Positions 55,552 to 64,000 of a stretch of DNA of 64,000 nucleotides are shown here, in pieces. Under the pieces are notes generated by a model. It made no database searches. It saw only the letters and a program-made list of their open reading frames with translations, and had not been told where the DNA came from. Every line of letters begins with the position of its first letter. Position 1 is the first letter of the stretch. The DNA is taken from contig OX597815.1 in the NCBI GenBank assembly GCA_951406725.2, forward strand, positions 100,874,001 through 100,938,000. The letters are read 5' to 3'. A program made the translations under genes and the position numbers. This DNA comes from Octopus vulgaris. Lineage: Eukaryota.

Positions 55552-56335
55552 TAGTGGGGCAAAACAAGTAATTTGATTTCTCGTTTATTTTCTCCTTACT
55601 CGTTTGAAACCATTACATTGCATTATCATTTTATATTGTATCATCTTTGGAAGTGAAATTGAGAGAATTTGAAACATCAGATGACAAGTACATTTTTTTT
55701 TCAAGAAATTTTTCCTCAAACTTTGACCCGATTGTGATTGATGTTAATATATCTGAATAATTTTTTATGTTTAACAGTCAATATTCTTTTTCTCTATTGG
55801 ATTCAAAGTCATTTTTTTCCTACACTAATCTTTAATTTGACAATTTTCATTTTAAAAAAGTTTAAATTGAAGCAAAATAAGTAATGACTAATTCCCATAA
55901 TTTCTTCTCTTCAACAGTATGGTACGTAATAAATACATCAAAAAGAGACCGCAAGCAGGTCGCGGAACATTTCACGTTGAGCTTTTAGGTTCAGTCGGGT
56001 TTTGTTAATTTCAAATCATGTGCCATTTTCCATTAAACCTAGATATTTTAATTTTTGCTGCACTTCTGATGTCCAAGAATGGATACTGATTTGTGTGAGT
56101 CTTTTTACAGTGAAATTCTGAAGCAAATTTACCGTATCGTGTCTTACTCATTTTACCCCAGCTAAGTTTGTCACAGAACGGTGATAATTTTCTAAAATAA
56201 TGTTTTGAATATGTTACGATGTTTTTCGAGAAAGTCATTTGTTTAGCTGATAAATTTTTTGTTAGGCAGTGCACATTTCTAAAACATTTTTCTCAGTAAA
56301 AAAGGTAGTAAATCTTACTCATTTTGCCCTACCTG
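55552..56335. mobile_element. Tc1/pogo-like MITE relic
   Basis: TAGTGGGGCAAAACAAGTAA vs TTACTCATTTTGCCCTACCTG, with internal copies of the same motif at ~55869 and ~56142. Confidence 0.45.
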
Positions 56336-56353
56336 CATATATATATAGAGAGA

Positions 56354-56983
56354 GGTACTATTTAAGAAGAGTGGTCCCGGTGCGCGTACTCGCGCTAGCT
56401 AGTCGTGACTAGTGGATCCTTATTTTGTGTTTTATTTACTTTGCTAGATAGTCGTTGTAGGATCGACTAGTCACGACTAGCTAGCGCGAGTGTGCGCACC
56501 GGGACCACTCTTCTTAAATAGTACCACACACAAACATATATATATATGGGAAAAAAAAAGGTCAAGATAGAAAATGCTAAAATTTATATATATAAATGTA
56601 GCACGGAATTTTGTCCGTGAACAGGTCGCGGTCTCAAAGCGACGAAAATATTTTGACAAATTAAATTTAAATGTTGAAGTGAATATAACGGTTTTTGTGT
56701 GTTTCTTAAATGGCTTATAAACACCTTCCACGCTGCAATTGTTTTCGTTCCAGCACACAATCTCAGATCAGGTCACTTGCTATGCAAGTACATCTCCATA
56801 ATACATATATATATAGGTACTATTTAAGAAGAGTGGTCCCGGTGCGCGTACTCGCGCAAGCTAGTGGATCCTTATTTTGTGTTTTATTTACTTTCCTAAG
56901 TAGTCGTCACAGGATCGACTAGTCACGACTAGCTAGCGCGGATGCTCGCTTAAACGCACCGGGACCACTCTTCTTAAATAGTA

Positions 56984-57023
<40 letters not shown>

Positions 57024-57265
57024 AAAAAAAGTCAAGATAGAAAATGCTAAAATTTATATATATAAATGCAGCACGGATTTTGTCAGTGAACAGGTCGCAG
57101 TCTCAAAGCGACGAAAATATTTTGACAAATTGAATTTAAATGTTGAAGTGAATCTAACGATTTTTGTGTGTTTCTTACATGGCTTATAAACACCTACCAT
57201 GCTGCAATTGTTTTCGTTCCAGCACACGATCTCAGATCAGGTCACTTGCTATGCAAGTACATCTC
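56354..57265. repeat. Tandem ~460-bp duplication, each unit starting with a ~170-bp palindromic MITE (56354-56525, 56816-56985)
   Basis: TIR GGTACTATTTAAGAAGAGTGGTCCCGGTGCG...; the following ~250-bp spacer is also repeated. Confidence 0.85.
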
Positions 57266-57269
57266 TCTC

Positions 57270-60100
57270 TATATATAATTTTATAAAAAAACATTTCAGT
57301 ACCAGTTCCAGTCATTGAGACTTTTTCAACTGTAAGCATGGAAAACAATTAAATTTGGAAAAATTAAAAGTAAAGTTTTTTTTAAAGAATATTTGTATAG
57401 TGTTCAAACACAAGTGGCATTTTCCTTGTTTCTGTCTCTCTTGTAGGTTCGAGGTCGTTGTGAATTCTTGATAGGGAAGAAGAAGATGAAGAATGTGGGA
57501 GTGTAGTATGTTGAATGGTCAGCTGCCCCGAAAATTACCCTGACCCACTGATTCTAAACAGCAATAGTGGTAAAGTTAGGGAAGGAGACAAAGAAAGAGA
57601 AGGGAGAATAAGAAGGAATGTAGTGAGGTGATAAATGTTCAAATGACTTAAAATTGGCACCTTATGGATTATAGCAGTGATTGGGACTTATTTTTAATGA
57701 ATTCTTGGGAATCTCTTGAGTGTATCATTTTTAATATTTGCGTGTGAATTTGTGTTATTCTAAGGTCATGGTGGATATATCACTTGTTGTAGATGCGTTC
57801 AAAAGGGGTCTGTATTTTGTAATAAAGAGAGTCTCTTTACTAATTCGTTGGCTCCAGGTTGTATTGTCCCTGAATTGGTAGAGGGGAAAAATTCTGAATC
57901 TTGAATTTTTGTTATTGGCGCAAATGTCTGTGTGTTGGCTGAATGCTATTTTTCTGTTTTGGGGAATTTTGATCTGGGATCTGTGCAGAGCCATTCTTTT
58001 ATGTAGACTGCTTTTTGTTTGGCCTATGTATTGCTCTTGACACCCAGAGCAGGTTAGTGCATATATCAGGTTCTCCAAAGCACATGTGAAGTTGTTTATC
58101 ACCGTGAAACGTTGTCCCTGTTTGAAGAACTCTGATCCCTCAATTAAATAGTTGCATATCCCACAGTTGGGTCTTCCGCATTTTTTTACTGACGGCTTCT
58201 GTGTTGTTAAGCGTATTCGGGCTTGTGTTAGGAGACGTTTCATAGATTTGGGCTGTCTCTTGCTTTTTATGATGGTGTGTGTTTGGAGGATTAAGTTCAT
58301 TCTGTGGTCCTTTTTTAGTAGGGGTATGTTTTGGAGGATGGTGTCGAAAGTTTCATTGTTGAGAGTGTTGTGTGTGGAGATGTATGGTAGGGCTTTTGGT
58401 TGTAAATGTTTCTTTAATTTGGGATGTCTGAGTTCCTGGATGTTGAGTAGAAGGGCACGTTGAAAGCATATGTCAATTAGTGAAGGTGGATAGTTCCTGG
58501 TGATGAGTGTATCCTTTAGTTCATGTAGTCATGTGTCTCTAGTGTTTGCATTAGAAACTATAGTACATATCTTTTTTGCTAAGTTGAAGGGGATATTCAT
58601 TCTGGGGTGGTATGAGTTGAATGGTAGATATTGCTTGGAATCTATAGTATATATCTGTTTCTATTACATTGTTAGATTTCTTAATGAGGACGTTGAGGAA
58701 GGAAAGTTGTTGCTGGCTATATTCCATCGTGAATTGAATGTTTACGTCAAGTCCATTTAAAAGGTGCTTGGAATTCTTTAAGTTTCTCTATACTTTCATG
58801 CCAAAGAATGAAACAGTCATCTAGGTATCTCTTCCAGGTATTTTCTATGTAGAGGGAGAATGGGCTGCTGTATCTTTCTAGAACCTTACGATAAAGTCTA
58901 ATTTCTAGATATCCCATGACTAGGTTAGCAAAGGAGGGGGCCATTTGCGTACCCACCGCAGTCCCTGATTTTTGTCAGTAGAAGTTGTTTTTGAAGGCGA
59001 AGTAGTTATTTTCCAGGATGAATTTTAGCCCTTCTATCATGAATTCTTTTTTGATGCGATGTGGGAGTTCGTTGGCGTAATTCTCTAGCCAAAATTGAAT
59101 TGCCTCTATTCCTAGGTTGTAGGGGATATTGGAATAGAGGTTGACTACATCGAAGGATACTAGTAGGGTGTTTTTGTTTATTGTTCAAACACCTAGAAGA
59201 TAATTGAGCATATTCAGGTTGACCCTTATATAGCTTTTGACATGCTTGAGGAATGGTTTTAAGAGGGTATCTAAAAAGTTACTGAGGTGGTGGGTTTCGC
59301 ATGTGGGACCTGCTATTATAGGTCTCAATTTGAGGACATTAGGAGTAGGGATTTTAATTATTATGTATGTGGCTATCTTGCATGTGTTACTTATTTTCTC
59401 ACTTTTGTGTATCTTGGGAATACCGTAGAATTGGCTGGTTTTACTTTTGAAATTGGTCATGAAGTCATATTCTTCGTCGGTAAGCCCTTCTTTGTATAGG
59501 TTTAACATAGATTTTAGCTCTCTCGTTATTTTCTGCTGACTGTAGTGTTGGGCCTTTTCATAATATGTTGTGTCTTCCAATATGGATAGTATTAAAGTTA
59601 GATAAAATACCGTGTCCATTAAGACAACTGCACTCCCTTTATCGGCCTCTTTGATTGTTATTGCTTTGTCTTGTTTTAATTTGTTCAGTTCAGCCCATTC
59701 TTTTTTGCTGAAGTTTGGTTTGTGTTTTTGTTTGTGCATATGTTGATATGGGTAATTCGAGATGTGTTCACAGAAATGATCAAGAGTTTTGTTCTTACCT
59801 TTTGAGGGGGTATAGTTACTTCTATTTCGAACCAATGATTCAACCTCGTTGAGTTTGTCGTATAGCTCCTCAGCAAGTCGTAATTTTCTACAGAATTCTG
59901 CGATGTCTTCTTTCATTTCATTGTGGTTGGGGTGTTGTGGGGTGGGTGTAAACTTGAGTCCTTTAGAGAGTATATTGATTTGGTTTGCTGTTAGTTCACT
60001 ATGAGTTAGATTGATAATTTTTATCACTTTTGGTTCCTCCTGCCTGTCTGGTGTTATCTTGTGTCTCTGTGTTTGTGTATTAGGTTTAAAAAATGATTGC
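57270..60100 (-). mobile_element. Penelope-like element (Neptune-type RT + GIY-YIG), decayed
   Basis: LSKGLKFTPTP, IKEADKGSAVV, FYGIPKIHK, RPIIAG, GTQMAPSFANL, RYLDD, CGRPNCGIC linker, NLIYALTCSGCQEQYIGQT. Confidence 0.92.
57297..57332 (-). ncRNA. Hammerhead (U3-A8 variant, A13G mutated) in the Penelope 3' terminal repeat
   Basis: CAG-TTGAAAA-AGTC tcaat GACT-GGAA-CTGG-TA-CTG. Confidence 0.65.
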
Positions 60101-60431
60101 GGTGGTTGGGACAGTAGCTATTTTGTATTTGTTCCTTGTGGTGGTGTGCCCTATTGCGGTACATATTTGTGTATGTGTGTGTGCATACATGTAAGATCTA
60201 AGTACCGAGGTGTAGCAAGAAGGTGAGCTTCAAGCAATCTGTAGAAATATAAAAAGCAACCATCACGAGCAATAGCGGTTTATTGAAGCGGGAGCTCATG
60301 GATTATTTTTATATCGAAGTACGATAAACTGGAAAAAAAATATTATTATTTGAAATTTCATGGGAGGTAGCCAAGGTTGCTGGGTATGCGAATTAAATAC
60401 AAGATTTAAAGAATGGATTAGATAAAATCTA

Positions 60432-60515
60432 GACTACATACGTTTCATAGCGAGTGGAACCTCCAAAGTGGAAAATATTGAAGCGAGGTGTACATCACTG
60501 GTTATCCTTCAGGTC
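60432..60515 (-). ncRNA. Hammerhead with ~59-nt extended helix II (A9G variant)
   Basis: GAC-CTGAAGG-ATAAC..AGTG..ACCTC...GAGGT..CACT..GCTAT-GAAA-CGTATG-TA-GTC. Confidence 0.6.
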
Positions 60516-61045
60516 AATTTTATCTTGATTAAATGAAGCTTACATTGTCATAAGGAGGTACATGTTAACATACGGAAGATTCAATATATGTACACACACA
60601 AATACTCCACCCATTCTATTTGTATATTTTTAATATTGCTTTTATTGTAAGTAGGTCTAAATATTTGTATAATCTTAGTGTATTTGTATCGATATATTTA
60701 TATTTTTTAATGTATTTTTAATGCATTTATATATCAATATATTTTTACTGTATGATTTTGTGCACATAATTTTTAATGCTTATTGGTAACCAGTATTTTG
60801 TTTCTCATCATTATTTTTCCTATGGCTCAAATGTCTTGAGCACTTCGGTGTGTCCTCTATATAAAGAAAAAATTTACCTATAAAAAATAAATTATACATA
60901 CACACATAGATATACATAGTTCAATTATACAGAGGATAAAAGACGAAGACAAGTGAAGGAACAACAAGCAGGTGTATTAGTTTAATGCACTGGAAGACTA
61001 GAAAAGACTGACTTTTTGAGCCTGCGCTCTTCAACAGAAAGGATT

Positions 61046-64000
61046 CATCATCATCATCATCATCATTTAACGTCCGCTTTCCATGCTAGCATGGGTTGGA
61101 TGATTTGACTGAAGACTGGCGAACCAGATGGCTGCACCAGGCTCCAATCTTGATCTGGCAGAGTTTCTACAGCTGGATGCCCTTCCTAACGCCAACCACT
61201 CCAAGAGTGTAGTGGGTGCTTTTACATGCCACCGGCACAAGGGCCAGTCAGGTGGTACTGGCAACGGCTACACTCAAATGGTGATTTTTACGTGCCTCCT
61301 GTACAGGAGACCAGTCCAGCGGCACTGGCAACGACCTCACTCGAATGTTTTTTTCATGTGCCAGTAAGGTGACGCTGGTAACGATCATGCTCAAATGGTG
61401 CTTTTCATGTGCCACCGGCACAGAAGCCAGTCAACTGCTCTGGCAACGATCACGCTTGGATGGTGCTCTTAGCGCTCCACTAGCACAGATACCAGTCATC
61501 GAATTTGATTTCGATTTCACTTGCCTCAACAGGTCTTCACAAGTAGCGTTTAGTGTTCAATGAAGGAAAGGTATGCATAAGTGGCTGGTTACACCCCTGG
61601 CATAGGTCACGAGGTTATGGTCTCATTTGGCTTGCTGGGTCTTCTCAAGCACAGCATATTTCCAAAAGTCTCGGTCACTAGTCATTGCCTTGGTGAGGCT
61701 TATGTTCGAAGGTCTTCCTGGGTCTACCTCTTCCACAGGTTCCCTAAACCACTAGAGTATGGCACTTTTTCACACAGCTATCCTCACCATTCTCACCACA
61801 TGACCATACCAGCGCAATCATCTCTCTTGCACACTACATCTGATGTGTCTTAGGTCCAACTTTTCTCTCACACTTACACTCTGTCGAGTATGCACACTGA
61901 CATTACACGTCCAATGGATCATACTGGCTTCATTCCTTGCGAGCTTACACATGTCCTCAGCAGTCACAGCCCATGTTTCACTGCCATGTAGCATGGCGGT
62001 TCATACACATGCGTCATACAGTCTACCTTTTACTCTGAATGAGAGGCCCTTTGTCACCAGCAGAGGAAAGAGCTCTCTGAACTTTGTCCAGGCTATTCTT
62101 ATTCTAGCGGCTACACTTTCAGCACACCCTCCCCCGCTACTGACTTGATCACCTAGGTAATGGAAGCTATCAACTACTTCTAGCTTTTCTCCCTGGAATG
62201 TGGTAGAAGTTGTTCTGTGTACATTTTCAGTGTTTATTGCTCCTGAGCATCTGCCACATACAAAAACTATCTTCCCTGTTAGCCTTCCTTTGATATTGCT
62301 GCACCTCTTATGTGTTCATAGATTACACTGGGTACATCTTTTTGAGTTTCTATCTATGCCTTTTCTACAGATCGAGCAGGGCCATCTACCTGAAGGGACT
62401 TGTGGTTTGCCAGCCTTCCTATTTATTAGGACTTTGGTTTTAGCTAGGTTGACTCTAAAGCCCTTCGATTCTAATCCTTGTTTCCACACCTGAAACTTCT
62501 CTAGTTCTGATAGTGACTCAGCAATTAGAGCAAGGTCGTCAGCATAGAGGAGCTCCCAGGGGCATCCTGTCTTGAATTCCTCTGTTATTGCCTGGAGGAC
62601 TATGATAAATAGGAGGGGGCTAAGGACTGAACCTTGGTGGACCCCTACCTCCACCCGCAATTCTTCACTGTACTCGTTGCCAACCCTCACCATACTGACA
62701 ACGTCCCTGAACATGGCTTGCACAGTTCTCACTAACCATTCATCTATCCCTAGTTTCCTCATTGACCACCAGATAAGGGATCGGGGGACCCTGTCATAGG
62801 CTTTCTCCATGTCAACAAAAACCAGGTACAGGGGCTTATCTTTGGCTAGGTATTTCTCCTGCAGCTGTCTTACCAGAAATATAGCATCAGTGGTGCTTTT
62901 CCCTGGTATGGACCCAAACTGCATCTCATCAAAACTGACTCTCTCCCTAATTAGTTGGGCTATGACCCTCTCCTTGACCTTCATTACCTGATCTAACAAC
63001 TTGATACCTCTGTAATTATTTGTATCTAGAGCGTCACCTTTACCTTTGTAGCAGTTGACTATGATGCTGCTACACCAGTCATTGGGTATAACTCCTTCGT
63101 GTATCACCTGGTTAACTATACGGGTGACTAGGCTATAGTCAACATTGCCAGATATTTTAAGCATTTCTACAGTGATTCCTGATGGGAGTTTTCCCTGTCT
63201 TCATACTCTTAATTGCTTTATCTACCAAGGTACTGTCAACTTGGATAGCTGGTCCCTCTGTTGGATTGACATTCAGCAGACTCTCTTTCTCCCATTCATT
63301 TTCTTTATTGAGCAACCTTTCATAGTGGCGTCTCCAAACCTCCATCATTGCAGCCTCATCTAGTGCAAGTGAACCATCATCCATGCGAACACATTTCTCT
63401 CCTACAATGTCATGATTCTCTCTCACACACTGTCTTGCAACATGAAATACCTCAAGTCTTTGGTCCTCACAGTGCAGAACATTGGCAAATTTTTTCTTAT
63501 CTGCTTCCCCTCTGGCTAAATAAACCTGCCTCCTAGTTTCCCTTCCGGCAGTCTGATACAATTCCCTGCTACCACCATTCTTCCAGTCCTTCCACGCCCG
63601 TTTATTTTCTCTAATAGCCCTGTCAACAACAATTGTTCCACCACCATGTTATTTTGGGTCGAAAGGGGACTTTGCACCATCCACAGATCTGGTCAGTGGC
63701 CTTCAGCAGATTATTCCGTAGAAACCTCCAGTTGTCCTCTACATTGTGTGAAGCTATATCCCCTTCTATTTCGTCAAAGGCTTCGAGTAATATGTCTCTA
63801 AATCTCTGTCCATTTGCAGGATCTTTAAGCTTCCAGACCCTTCTCCTCCATGCTGATCATCTTCTGGGCATCCACTTAGCCCTGATTGTAAAGTCAATAA
63901 CTACCAGTCTATGATGTGGGGTACATTCTTTGCCTAGGAAGGTTTTGGCATTTATAAGCAGCCATCTTTCCCTTCTTCTGGTGAGGATGTAGTCAATTTG
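61046..64000 (-). mobile_element. RTE-clade LINE (runs off the window), with (ATG)n 3' tail
   Basis: KGKGDALDTNNYRGIKLL, QFG, FVDMEKAYDRVPR, GVHQGSVLSPLLF, LLYADDL; (CAT)n at 61046-61066; repetitive 3' UTR at 61220-61500. Confidence 0.92.

Overview
AT-rich, microsatellite-dense animal DNA made up mostly of decayed transposons. The SINE families and overall repeat spectrum suggest an octopus/coleoid cephalopod (inference). Two host genes are supportable. One is a minus-strand testis-specific Ser/Thr kinase (TSSK-like), with exon 1 at 43030-43225 and exon 2 at 28910-29211 joined across a 13.8-kb TE-filled intron; a probable same-strand solo LTR lies just upstream. The other is an intact 355-aa single-ORF gene (54296-55363) with a death-domain-like fold. 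Mobile DNA includes R4/Dong, HERO, CR1-like and RTE LINEs, Penelope-like elements, tRNA-SINEs, five mariners, two Helitrons, hAT elements, Merlin and MITEs. The most notable non-obvious signal is a set of type-I hammerhead ribozymes in small, often foldback elements embedded in (TA)n arrays. These include a fully paired U3-A8 covariant core (19245-19286) and two ribozymes with very long helix II insertions (20566-20685, 60432-60515). Also notable are three different R4/Dong LINEs stacked head-to-tail through their (TAA)n tails and Merlin-type MITEs carrying telomeric repeats. All calls are by eye, and TE boundaries without TIR/TSD support are approximate.
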